A stretch of 64,000 nt of DNA from Chthoniobacterales bacterium (GCA_038207335.1 JBBQZX010000019.1:32001-96000), one strand, 5' to 3'. Shown: positions 1 to 9,033, counted from the first letter of the stretch. Made by a program: numbers and translations. The notes: generated by a model not told the origin, from the letters alone.

Positions 1-2000
1 AGTTTCCTTTTGCAAACGCGACGCCAAATCGGAGCAAACTTTATCCACGTCGGGGCTGTTCATCAAAAACAGCGCTTGGGGAGCCGTGACCGTTTGCGTG
101 CGCAGAGAACAGGGCGCGCGACCGTCGTCCACATCGAACGTTTGCAGGAAATTTGGCGTCACCTCGCGGCTGGAAGAATATCCGCGCACCAGGTAGGCGC
201 CGCGCCGTTGGAGATTCGCGTCGCTGCCGGCGAACGAGCGGCGACGACGATTTCCGCCGTCACCTTCACTTAAACTAAAAGATGGGCCGCCTACTTTCAA
301 ATCCAGATCACCGGCCGCCGAGTGCATGGCATCCCAAATGGGTTCCGCTTCCAGACGCTGCAATCGAAAACGCCACAGAAGGATGTCGCTCGGGTCAATC
401 TTTTGACTTCCCGCATATTCGTCGCCCGCCTCCGAAGTCCGCTGGTAAGCGTCGGAGGTGACCATCAACCGGTGCATCTGCTTCATGCTATAACCGCACT
501 GCACAAACTCTGCGGCGAGCCAATCCAACAAAGCCGGATGTGATGGCTTGCCACCGAGTTCGCCGAAATCGCTCGTGGTCCTCAAAAGACCTTCGCCGAA
601 GTGCCATTGCCATAAGCGGTTCACGGCTACTCGCGCGAAGAGCGAATTGTCCGGCGCGGTCAGCCAGTCCGCAAATGCCTCGATACGACCGTCGCGAAAA
701 TCCGGTTCCGAAGTCGCAAAGGGCCAGCCTGGTTTGACTTCATGACTCGTTTCGGGACGCAAAGGATCGCCACTCGTCAGGATGTAACTCTTTTCCTGCG
801 CGCGCATCCCATCCGCCTCCACGGTATAAAACACCGGCAGTCTCGGCCCGCGGCTTCCGGCAGTGGAACCTTCCGCATTTAATTGACTCTGCATTTCCTG
901 GTATTTCCTGCGGGCCTCCTCGGGCATCGATTCGGTGAGCTTGTCGCCATCGATGCGCAGGATGGGGAAATAGTCGTCCGCAATTTTTTGCTCCTCGACC
1001 GTTCGCTGTTTCTCCGGCTTGCGAATGACTGCCTGCGCCTCGGGGGGCAGCATCAGCACGCGTTCCTCGTAGAGTTTCGCTTGGTAAGGCGCAGCAAAGT
1101 CGCTCACGGCCTTTTCCAAGGGCGCGCGTTTCTTCTCCGCTTCCGCCATCGCTTTTCCAGCAGCGATCAGGTCCGCCGAACTTGCGAGAGTGATCTTGCT
1201 CAGGACCAGCGGATCGAACAGCGCCTTCATCGCGTAGTATTCCTTCTGCGAAATCGGGTCATACATGTGGTCGTGACATTTCGCGCAACCCACCGTCATG
1301 CCCATGAACGCCGTCGAAACCGTTCGGTAGCATTGATCGCCAGATCCTGCGGATCCTCGCCAGTACCTCGCGCCAGGAGACCGAGGGCAAATTCATCGCC
1401 AGGTCGCGGCTCTTTGCGCGAACGATAACCCGTGGCCGACATTTGCGTGCGCTCATTGGCGCGGCGACCGGTGAGTTGAAGTTGCACAAACTGATCGTAA
1501 GGCACGTCGTCGTGCAGGGCGTTGATGACCCAGTCCCGCCACAAATAGATCCCGGGCGCTGCCGTCATCCGCTCATCTGCGTCCGCATAACGCAACACGT
1601 CCAACCAATGCCGCGCGTAACGGACCGCGTGCTGCTCATCGGCGAGAAGTCGATCGACCACTTTGTCGTAAGCGTCCGTCGAATCATCCGCCAGAAACGC
1701 CTCCTGCACTGCCGGCGACGGCGGAATGCCAACTAGGTCGAGATAGACGCGACGCAACAGTGATAGCTTATCCGCAGTGCCTACTGCTTTGAGTCCGCGA
1801 TGCCTGAGTTCCGCATTGATGAAACGATCGATCGGGTTGGCTTCGGGACCGTCCGGCAACGCGGGTCGCACGACCGGTTTCAACGACCACCAACCCTCGC
1901 CCTTGGCCTTATTGGTGGGCGTCTCGCCGGTTGCAGTCAAAATCGAAGCGCCGAGAAAAATGATCCAGAGCAAAGCTTGGTTTGGAATTTTTCGGGTCAC
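1..2000 (-). pseudogene. DUF1549 (PSCyt2)/DUF1553 (PSD1) protein with a 1-nt frameshift at ~1323; 3' end runs off the window
   Basis: ORF 1296..2000 has a signal peptide and WWSLKPV, NPIDRFI, LLRRVYLDLVGIPP, ARHWLDVLRYAD. A second frame is open from 1320 to base 1 and reads VSTAFMGMTVGCAKCHDHMYDP...ARVAVNRLWQWHFGEGL...PSHPALLDWLA...APQALFLMN. Could be a sequencing error rather than a true pseudogene. Confidence 0.85.
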
Positions 2001-2497
2001 GAGATTGCCTCTACCATAGATGCCGCCATCGGTCCTTGGCGATCATTTGCTTGCTCCGACCGATCTGATGCGCGGCCGGGATTAAAAAACTGAACCAGTG
2101 GTGACGATCCAGTGCCGACGCTGAAGGTTTTCGCGCCGCCGCCGTCCCAAAGCCAGCGCGGGGAAGATGGACCGAAGCTACTTCAGATGCCGCCTGAAAA
2201 TGCATCTCGAATTCTCCCGACAGCGTCGGGCATTTCTCGACACACCATGTCAAATTTCCTGCCAAATACGTGGTAGGAAAGTGGCGGTTGATGGCGTCTT
2301 TTGGCGGACAAACACTAGGGCCGCGAAGATCACCACATCGCCCGCATGCCTGCTATTGCGGCGATTGGCGGACATTGACGCCAAAATGCCTCTTGATAAC
2401 TGGAAAGTTCGCCCCCTAGGCTCCACTTTCTTAACCGATCGGGTGCGAAGCGCGAACCGTTCGCCAACGAAGGTTGATCGGCTCGCGGTTGGTCGGT

Positions 2498-2536
2498 AAA
2501 AGCGAACGGGGCTGGCGATTGGAATCGCCAACCCCG
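2498..2536 (-). terminator. Probable intrinsic terminator after the fasciclin gene
   Basis: Minus strand CGGGGTTGGCGATT-CC-AATCGCCAGCCCCG followed by TTCGCTTTT, 13 nt past the stop codon. Confidence 0.6.
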
Positions 2537-2549
2537 CGCACAGAACATG

Positions 2550-3032
2550 TTACGGGATGAGAACGGTGTCGATGACGTGGATGACGCCGTTGCTCGCGGG
2601 GATGTCGGTCTTCACGACGTTGGCGGCACCGACGGTCACTTTTCCTGCATCGACCTTGATGGCCAATTCTTTGCCGTTCACCGTTTTGGCGTTCATGGTT
2701 TTCACATCCGCGGCCATGACTTTTCCAGCGATAACGTGGTAGGTCAGGATCGCCGTGAGCTTGTCCTTGTTCTCAGGCTTGAGCAGGCTATCGACCGTGC
2801 CTGCGGGGAGCTTTGCGAATGCTTCGTCGGTAGGTGCGAAGACGGTGAACGGCCCTTTGCCGCTCAGGGTATCAACCAAGCCGGCGGCTTTCACCGCGGC
2901 GACGAGCGTATTGAACTGGCCAGCGCCGGCAGCGACGCCGACGATCGTCTTCTCTTCCGCTGCGGAAAGATTGGAGGTGAGTATGGTTGACACCGTGGCG
3001 AAGGCCGCGGCGATGATGGCGAGTTTTTTCAT
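2550..3032 (-). CDS. Secreted fasciclin (FAS1) domain protein
   Basis: Signal peptide; [19 protein letters not shown] and [13 protein letters not shown] are the FAS1 H1/YH/H2 motifs. Confidence 0.95.
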   Translation of the reverse strand: MKKLAIIAAAFATVSTILTSNLSAAEEKTIVGVAAGAGQFNTLVAAVKAAGLVDTLSGKGPFTVFAPTDEAFAKLPAGTVDSLLKPENKDKLTAILTYHVIAGKVMAADVKTMNAKTVNGKELAIKVDAGKVTVGAANVVKTDIPASNGVIHVIDTVLIP

Positions 3033-3096
3033 AGGTTTGTTGCTTTGTTTGTTTGTTTAGTTTCGAGGGACGATGATTCGTTCTCGTGGGAAGCCA

Positions 3097-3123
3097 AACG
3101 CTTCATGCCATGGAGGCGGGTGC
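3097..3123 (-). promoter_or_regulatory. Candidate ECF promoter of the fasciclin gene (GCACCC-N17-CGTT)
   Basis: Bipartite motif 64 nt upstream of the ATG, resembling the motifs at 3371 and 4731. Confidence 0.35.
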
Positions 3124-3370
3124 GTTTTTATTTTGTGAAAATTCGCTCGGAATTCGCATCCAATTGCCTGCGCCGGGCGTTCGCGCGCAACGCGAGTTAG
3201 TCTGTCTGGCAGTCTTGGCGAATCTGCCCGGATTGTTCGCGAATCGCGGCTTTCTACTCTGTGGTGAGGCGTTGGAGATAGCGCACTTGCATGACGATGT
3301 GCTGGCTCTTCGCGAGTTCGACCTCGCGGCGCAGGAGGAAGTCCCGATTCAAAAAAATGCACTCCCGGAG

Positions 3371-3396
3371 GTATCCAGAGCAGGCGGAGCGGCGTA
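3371..3396 (+). promoter_or_regulatory. Candidate ECF promoter of the anti-sigma-PAS gene (GTATCC-N16-CGTA)
   Basis: Close to the TGATCC...CGTA type of ECF promoter; 44 nt upstream of ATG 3441. Confidence 0.45.
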
Positions 3397-3440
3397 TTCT
3401 CTTCTGTTCAACACCTTATCTCGCCAATTTTTCCGCTCCA

Positions 3441-4016
3441 ATGCTCAACGAATTCCTGCAAAACCAAGCCGCACTCTACGCGGCCGGGACAATGACGACG
3501 CAGGAGCGCGAGCAGTTTGAACTCGTCCTTGAATTTCAGCCTCAAGCCCGGGAACTGGTCGCCGGACTCGCGGAGATTGGAGCTGCGGTCATGCTGTCCA
3601 CCCAGCCACCTGCGAGCGCGGCGCCTTCGACGGGACTCAAGGAGCGCCTTTCTGCCCTGATCGCCGACCGCCCGCAGCATTCCACGCCCGTGGGCATGGT
3701 GATGTCCGGCCCGGATGGCCTCGTGCAGTGGATCAATCCTGCCTTCAGCGCGATGTGCGGATACACCCTCGAAGAGCTGCGCGGCAAGAAGCTCGGCCCG
3801 ATCTTGCAAGGCGTCGGGACCGATCGCGAAACGGCGGAGCGGATGCGTCGCGCTGTGCATGAAAACCGCCCGTGCAGCGAGACGATCCTCAATTATCATA
3901 AGGACGGCACGCCATACTGGGTCGAGGTCGCCATCACGACGATCCTCGATGACGCGGGTCAGCCCCTCTGGCTCGTCGCGCGCGAACGCGAAATCACCGA
4001 CTGCATCGCGGCGTAA
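3441..4016 (+). CDS. Anti-sigma-like N-terminal domain fused to a LOV-like PAS domain (191 aa, soluble)
   Basis: N-terminus AALYAAGTMTTQEREQFE...ARELVAGLAEIGAAV...APSTGLKERL resembles the RskA/ChrR anti-sigma domain. C-terminus WINPAFSAMCGYTLEELRGKKLGPILQGVGTD...ILNYHKDGTPYW is PAS/LOV-like. Start placed at ATG 3441. Confidence 0.8.
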   Translation: MLNEFLQNQAALYAAGTMTTQEREQFELVLEFQPQARELVAGLAEIGAAVMLSTQPPASAAPSTGLKERLSALIADRPQHSTPVGMVMSGPDGLVQWINPAFSAMCGYTLEELRGKKLGPILQGVGTDRETAERMRRAVHENRPCSETILNYHKDGTPYWVEVAITTILDDAGQPLWLVAREREITDCIAA

Positions 4017-4024
4017 GCGGCGCG

Positions 4025-4600
4025 CTAGAGTTCGGGGCCGATCACGTCCTTGAGCTTCGACATTCCGCGGCGAATCCGAGCCTTGATCGTGCCGAGCGGT
4101 TCGCCGAGGCGCTCGGCGATCTCCGTTTGCGTGAGGGAGGAAAAGAACGCGAGCTCGATGGCCTCGCGCTGGTCTTTCGAGAGTTTTTGAATCGCCTCGC
4201 GGACCAGCTTGCTCGTCTCTCCCGATGCGACCGCATCGAAGGAACTTCGGTCGTCGAACTGCTCAACCGTCTCCGACTCGCGCTGCATGTCGTCCTGCAG
4301 GCGGCTCCGGCGCTGCGTCGAGCGCAGACGGTCGATGGCCTTGTTGCGGGTGAGGGTGACTGCCCACGTGATCGGCTTGCCGCGGGTCGGGTCGTAGAGC
4401 GGTGCCTTTTCCCAAATCTGGATGAACGCATCCTGGAGCACATCCTCTGCGGCTTCCTGATTGTTCACCACGCGGTAAGCGATGGAAAACAGCACGCCCG
4501 AAAAGCAATCGTAAAGCTCCTCGAAAGCCCGCCGGTCACCCTGCGCCACCCGACGCAAAAGCGCGATCTCGGCTTCGAGTTGCTGGGGGTCGGGTTCCAT
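4025..4600 (-). CDS. ECF sigma factor, SigK-like
   Basis: Region 2 GDRRAFEELYD...AEDVLQDAFIQIW...YDPTRG...RNKAIDRLRS; region 4 QREAIELAFF...EIAERLGEPLGTIKARIRRG. Start at ATG 4600. Confidence 0.92.
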   Translation of the reverse strand: MEPDPQQLEAEIALLRRVAQGDRRAFEELYDCFSGVLFSIAYRVVNNQEAAEDVLQDAFIQIWEKAPLYDPTRGKPITWAVTLTRNKAIDRLRSTQRRSRLQDDMQRESETVEQFDDRSSFDAVASGETSKLVREAIQKLSKDQREAIELAFFSSLTQTEIAERLGEPLGTIKARIRRGMSKLKDVIGPEL

Positions 4601-4730
4601 GAGCGCCGAGAATGGTGGAACCAAGGCGTGCCAACAATACAAACCGGGTTTGCCTCCGCCGCGGCTCGGGAGTCGTTCCGTGCTTCAGCCGGCCGAGGGA
4701 TGAACGATGTGAATTTGAGGCGTCTGGTCT

Positions 4731-4756
4731 GCAAACGCAGACGTTTCGCATCCGTG
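4731..4756 (+). promoter_or_regulatory. Candidate ECF promoter of the small membrane protein gene (GCAAAC-N16-CGTG)
   Basis: Similar bipartite motif 29 nt upstream of ATG 4786. Confidence 0.3.
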
Positions 4757-4785
4757 ACATACGGCACAAAACCAAATCCAATTCC

Positions 4786-5001
4786 ATGAAACCCGCCCAA
4801 CTCAAACTGCTCAGCAATCTCTGCTTCATCCTCGGCTTTGCTTCCATCTTCGGCTCGATCGCCATCTGGTTTCTCACCGGGGGGCAGGCCATCGACACTC
4901 AGGCGCACGCTGAGCGATTCGGCATCTTCGTCGGTCTCTGGGCACCCACGTTCTTCATCCTCTCAAATCGCTTCGACCGCTACGCGGAAAAAGTGGGCTG
5001 A
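4786..5001 (+). CDS. Small membrane protein (71 aa)
   Basis: MKPAQLKLLSNLCFILGFASIFGSIAIWF...AERFGIFVGLWAPTFFIL; two hydrophobic segments; normal codon usage. Confidence 0.75.
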   Translation: MKPAQLKLLSNLCFILGFASIFGSIAIWFLTGGQAIDTQAHAERFGIFVGLWAPTFFILSNRFDRYAEKVG

Positions 5002-5114
5002 CCTTTCCCGACGTGACTCCTCCGTCGTTGACCCGCGTGCTCAGTTTCCAAAACGGCGGCGGCGTTTTGCATTGGAGTAGTATGGCTGGCGCGTGCCAAG
5101 TTCCCCTCTCGTCT

Positions 5115-7382
5115 ATGAAAGCTTCCTCCCGTTTGCTTGCCGTTGCGCTGTCGTTTTTGTTTTTGGAAAGTGTTGGGCCAGTGCGGGGGGTGGAGGATTC
5201 GGCGGCGGCGAAGGCGCGGGCGGCGAAAGGGGAGGCTCCGCCGACGAAGGGCTCGGAGATGCTGTATGGGCCGGTGTTTGAGGACAGCGTGCAGATTTCG
5301 CCGAAGGTGCCGGTGGCGGCGAAAGGGTTGGTGGTGCGGCTCGGGGGCGCGAGTGTTTGCTATGATACGGATGGGCTGCGGATGGCGGCGTTTTGGACGG
5401 TTGGGTTTCTGGATTTCAGGCACACGAATGTGGGGACTTACAAGGGCGACGGGACGGGCGCGACGACGGTGGCGGGGGATGTGCGGGTGCGGACGGAGGA
5501 TGGGCCGGGGTTTGGGGTTGATCCGACTTTCACCGATCCGCGGGCGACGAAGGCGGGGCCGTTGCCGCGGGAACACGGGCACTTTGCGGGTTACTATTTG
5601 CACGAAGATCGCGTGATTCTTTCCTACACGGTGGAGGGGTGCGCGATGCTGGAAATGCCGGCGTTTGCGAGCGATGGGGAGCGTGGGATTCTCATTCGGC
5701 ATTTCACGGCGGGGCCCAGTGCGAAGGCGCTGGAGGTGCGGCTCGCGGATAGGGAGCAGGGCAAGACTACGACGATCGGGGCTGTGTCGGTGGATGGGAG
5801 CAAGGAGGGATTTGCGATCAGCGAGGTGGGGGATCGGACGCTTTATTTGCATGTGCCGGCGCACGAGCAGGCGGTGAATTTCGCGGTGGCGATTTGGACC
5901 GGGGACGCGGTGCAGCCGCCGGTGGATTTGGGGAAGGCGATCGGGCCGTTGCAAAATCTCGCGGTGCTTTGCAAGGGCGGGCCGGGGCGGTGGGCGGCGA
6001 TCCCGGCGCTCGCGGGGACGGTGGCGAAGGATGACGCGGCTTATGTCGTGGATTCGATTCCGCTGCCGGTGGTGAATCCTTGGAACTCTTGGATGCGCCT
6101 TTCAGCGTTCGACTTTTTTGCGGACGGGCGGGCGGCGGTGGCGACGCTGAATGGCGACGTGTGGATCGTGTCGGGGCTGGATGCGAAGCTGGAGCACGTC
6201 ACTTGGAAGCGCTTTGCGGTGGGGCTTTACGAGCCGCTGGGGTTGAAGATCGTGCGCGGTGAAATCTATGTGCACGGGCGGGATCGGATTACGCGGTTGC
6301 ACGATCTCGATGGGGATGGGGAGGCGGATTTTTATGAGTCGTTCAACAGCGACAGGACGCTTTTCCCGAGTTATCACGCGTTTGCTTTTGATTTGCAGAC
6401 GGACAGCAAGGGGAATTTTTACTATGTCGTCGGCGGGAATCAGCTCGGGGTGAAGCGGGACTGGCATGCGTCGCTTTTCCGGGTGTCGCCGGATGGGGCG
6501 AAGACGGAGGTGGTGGCGACGGGCTTCCGCGCGCCGAATGGGATGGGGATCGGGCCGAATGATGAGATCGCGGTGGGCGATAATCAGGGGCACTGGATTC
6601 CTTCGAGCAAGGTGAACATCGTGAAGCCGGGCGGCTTTTACGGGCATGTGGCCGATCCGCGCATCGATGCGAAGGCGGTGGGGCCGAAGACTTTCGATGC
6701 GCCGTTGCTTTGGATTCCGATGACGATGGATAGCTCGACGGGCGGGCAGGTGTGGGTCACGGGGGGAAAGTGGGGGCCGTTTGATGGGAAGATGCTGACG
6801 ACTTCGTATGGAAAGAGCGCGCTGTTGGGGGTGCTGGAGGAGAAGGTGGAGGGGGTGGCGCAGGGTGGGGCGTTTGTTTTTCCGCTGAAGTTTGACTCGG
6901 GGATCATGCGGGCGCGTTTTTCGCCGGTGGATGGTCAGCTTTATGTGGCGGGGTTGCGCGGGTGGCAGACGAATGGGACGGCGGACGGGTGTTTGGAGCG
7001 CGTGCGCTACACCGGGAAGCCGGTGCTTTTGCCGACGGGGCTGCATGTGGGGAGGGATGCGCTGACGATCGGCTTTGATGTGGCGTTGGACCCGGCTTAT
7101 GGGAATGACGCGGCGAATTTCTCGATCGAGCAGTACAATTATAAGTGGTGGAGCACGTATGGGTCGCCGGATTTGTCGGTGGCGGACCCGGCGAAGAAGG
7201 GGCGCGATGCGGTGGAGGTGACGGGGGCGAAGTTGTCGGGGGATGGGAAGAGTGTGACGCTGACGGTGCCTGGGCTGGCGCCGGTGATGCAGATGGAGGT
7301 GAAGTGGCGGCTTCGGTCGGCGACGGGGGCGGAGGTGAAGGGGGTGCTGGGGAATACGATTGCGAAGGTGCCGACGGAGTAG
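5115..7382 (+). CDS. Secreted DUF6797-like / glucose-sorbosone-dehydrogenase-like beta-propeller protein
   Basis: Signal peptide; GDVWIVSGLD, WKRFAVGLYEPLGL, RLHDLDGDGEADFYE, ATGFRAPNGM, DNQGHWIP, RARFSPVDGQLYVAGLRGWQT. No CxxCH seen. Confidence 0.75.
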   Translation: MKASSRLLAVALSFLFLESVGPVRGVEDSAAAKARAAKGEAPPTKGSEMLYGPVFEDSVQISPKVPVAAKGLVVRLGGASVCYDTDGLRMAAFWTVGFLDFRHTNVGTYKGDGTGATTVAGDVRVRTEDGPGFGVDPTFTDPRATKAGPLPREHGHFAGYYLHEDRVILSYTVEGCAMLEMPAFASDGERGILIRHFTAGPSAKALEVRLADREQGKTTTIGAVSVDGSKEGFAISEVGDRTLYLHVPAHEQAVNFAVAIWTGDAVQPPVDLGKAIGPLQNLAVLCKGGPGRWAAIPALAGTVAKDDAAYVVDSIPLPVVNPWNSWMRLSAFDFFADGRAAVATLNGDVWIVSGLDAKLEHVTWKRFAVGLYEPLGLKIVRGEIYVHGRDRITRLHDLDGDGEADFYESFNSDRTLFPSYHAFAFDLQTDSKGNFYYVVGGNQLGVKRDWHASLFRVSPDGAKTEVVATGFRAPNGMGIGPNDEIAVGDNQGHWIPSSKVNIVKPGGFYGHVADPRIDAKAVGPKTFDAPLLWIPMTMDSSTGGQVWVTGGKWGPFDGKMLTTSYGKSALLGVLEEKVEGVAQGGAFVFPLKFDSGIMRARFSPVDGQLYVAGLRGWQTNGTADGCLERVRYTGKPVLLPTGLHVGRDALTIGFDVALDPAYGNDAANFSIEQYNYKWWSTYGSPDLSVADPAKKGRDAVEVTGAKLSGDGKSVTLTVPGLAPVMQMEVKWRLRSATGAEVKGVLGNTIAKVPTE

Positions 7383-7447
7383 GCGGCGCGAACACAGAGG
7401 AGGTTGCCAGAGGCGTTTGCAAGGAACGTCATTGGACACTCGCGAAA

Positions 7448-7481
7448 ACCGACCGGTCAGGGGTCCCGACGAGCGGTCGGT
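7448..7481. terminator. Hairpin between convergent genes
   Basis: ACCGACCG...CGGTCGGT inverted repeat in the 7383-7513 gap. Confidence 0.3.
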
Positions 7482-7513
7482 GACGGGGGTGGTTCGGAAG
7501 GGCGGGTGCTTTT

Positions 7514-7846
7514 TTACAGAGGGTGGCTCTGGCTTTCGAGGTTGAAGAGCCGGGGAAGTTCGAGGGTGGTGGGGCTGGCGTCGGGGTTGGTGTCCATGAG
7601 GCCGCTCATGTGGAGCCACCAGCGCTGGCAGATTTCGGTCTGGGCGATGGCGTCCCAGAGGATTTGATTTTCGTACTCCACGGTGGCGAAGAGCTGGAGG
7701 GTGTGCGGATGGAGGAAGATGCTGTAGCGGTGGACGCCGTGGACGCGGAGGACGGAGGCGAGGTCGGGCCAAATGGGGTTGTGGCGCCGGTGGTATTCTT
7801 CTTCGGCTCCAGGGAGGAGCTGCATGACGAAGGCTTTGCGGATCAT
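7514..7846 (-). CDS. rhaM: L-rhamnose mutarotase
   Basis: MIRKAFVMQLLPGAEEEYHRRHNPIWP, YSIFL, CQRWWLHM; 110 aa. Confidence 0.92.
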   Translation of the reverse strand: MIRKAFVMQLLPGAEEEYHRRHNPIWPDLASVLRVHGVHRYSIFLHPHTLQLFATVEYENQILWDAIAQTEICQRWWLHMSGLMDTNPDASPTTLELPRLFNLESQSHPL

Positions 7847-8895
7847 GAGTGGGGTCGGGCGGGGCCGATGCTTTCGCGGGGGATGAAGGTGGTGGCGAAG
7901 GTGGCGCTGTGGATGGTGGGGTCGGGGTGGGAGGAGTTGATGCGGGCGAGGAGGAGGGCGGCGGTTTTGCGGGCCATGTCTTCGATGGGCTGGGCGATGG
8001 TGGAGAGGGCGATGGGGAGGTGGCCGGAGAGGGGGATATCATCGACGCCGACGATGGAGAGGTCGCGGGGGACGGTGAGGCCGCGGTCGGCGGCGGCGCG
8101 GAGTGCGGCGATGGCGGAGAGGTCGTTGAGGGCGATGAGTGCGGTGGGGAGGCTGTGGGCGCGATTTTCGAAGTAGGTGGAGCAGGCGTCGCGGGCTTCG
8201 GTGATGGAGGGGCCGGAGCGGAGGAATTCGAAGCCGCTGTTGCCGATGCCGCGTTCGGCGAGGAGCTGGCGGAAGAGGCCGGGGCGGTCGCCGTCGGTCT
8301 GGCCTTCGGAGAGGGCGCAGAGGAATGCGAAGCGGCGGTGGCCGAGGGCGCAGAGGGCGTCGATGGCCTGGGCGAGGCCGGTGCTGAAGTCGGTGAGGAT
8401 GCTATCGACGGGGAGTGCGGGGCCGCCGACGAAGCTGAGGATGGCGAAGGGGCGCTGTTTTTCGAACTGAAGGGCGAGGAAGTCCCGGTGAGCTTCGCCG
8501 TCGCTGAGGAATGCGGCGACGCCATCGATCTGACGCTCGACGATGTCTTCGAGGCAGTGGCGTTCGCGGTCGAGGGAGGTGCGCCAGCTTTCGATGATGA
8601 GGTCTGAGCCGGCGCGCTGGGCTTCGATCTGGAGGAGGTCGGCGAAGGTGGTGTAGAAGGGGTTGTGGAGGTCGGGGAGGAGGAGGCCAATGGTGTTGCT
8701 GCGGCCCATGCGAAGGGCGATGGCGGCGCGGTTGGGGCGGTATCCAAGGTCGGTGGCGGCTTGGAAGACGCGGGCTTCTGTGGCTTTGGAGGCCCAGGAG
8801 TTGGCGCGTTTGTTGAGGATGGTGGAGGCGGTGTTGATGGCGACGCCTGCGCGGGCGGCGACGTCTCTGAGCCGGATTTTGGACGCGTCCTTCAT
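7843..8895 (-). CDS. LacI-family transcriptional regulator
   Basis: HTH LRDVAARAGVAINTASTILN, LGYRPNRAA, NPFY, VPRDLSIVGVDD, STIAQP. Start ATG 8895; 4-nt overlap with rhaM. Confidence 0.93.
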   Translation of the reverse strand: MKDASKIRLRDVAARAGVAINTASTILNKRANSWASKATEARVFQAATDLGYRPNRAAIALRMGRSNTIGLLLPDLHNPFYTTFADLLQIEAQRAGSDLIIESWRTSLDRERHCLEDIVERQIDGVAAFLSDGEAHRDFLALQFEKQRPFAILSFVGGPALPVDSILTDFSTGLAQAIDALCALGHRRFAFLCALSEGQTDGDRPGLFRQLLAERGIGNSGFEFLRSGPSITEARDACSTYFENRAHSLPTALIALNDLSAIAALRAAADRGLTVPRDLSIVGVDDIPLSGHLPIALSTIAQPIEDMARKTAALLLARINSSHPDPTIHSATFATTFIPRESIGPARPHS

Positions 8896-9033
8896 GGTGG
8901 TTTGGGTGTGAGCGGGGTGGAGAGTGCGTGGGGGCGACGGGTGCCTCAAGAAGTTTCCTGTGATGGCTTGCCGCGAGGGGGAAAAGGCGTTCATTGTGCG
9001 GGCTGTTTTCCTCCCGCTATTCCTCTCAAAGTC

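Noticed and set aside
3311..3328. CGCGAG-TTCGAC-CTCGCG hairpin resembling a tRNA T-arm
   Set aside because: Loop is 6 nt and I could not build acceptor, D or anticodon arms.
3291..3440. 50-aa N-terminal extension of the anti-sigma-PAS ORF
   Set aside because: No domain character, and it contains the candidate promoter; ATG 3441 matches the start of the anti-sigma domain.
6102..8747. 881-aa Pro/Ser/Ala-rich minus-strand ORF and similar long ORFs (e.g. 7849-8607, 40022-41188, 44556-46148, 47645-48634)
   Set aside because: Shadow frames overlapping well-supported genes; low complexity follows from high GC and local G/C skew.
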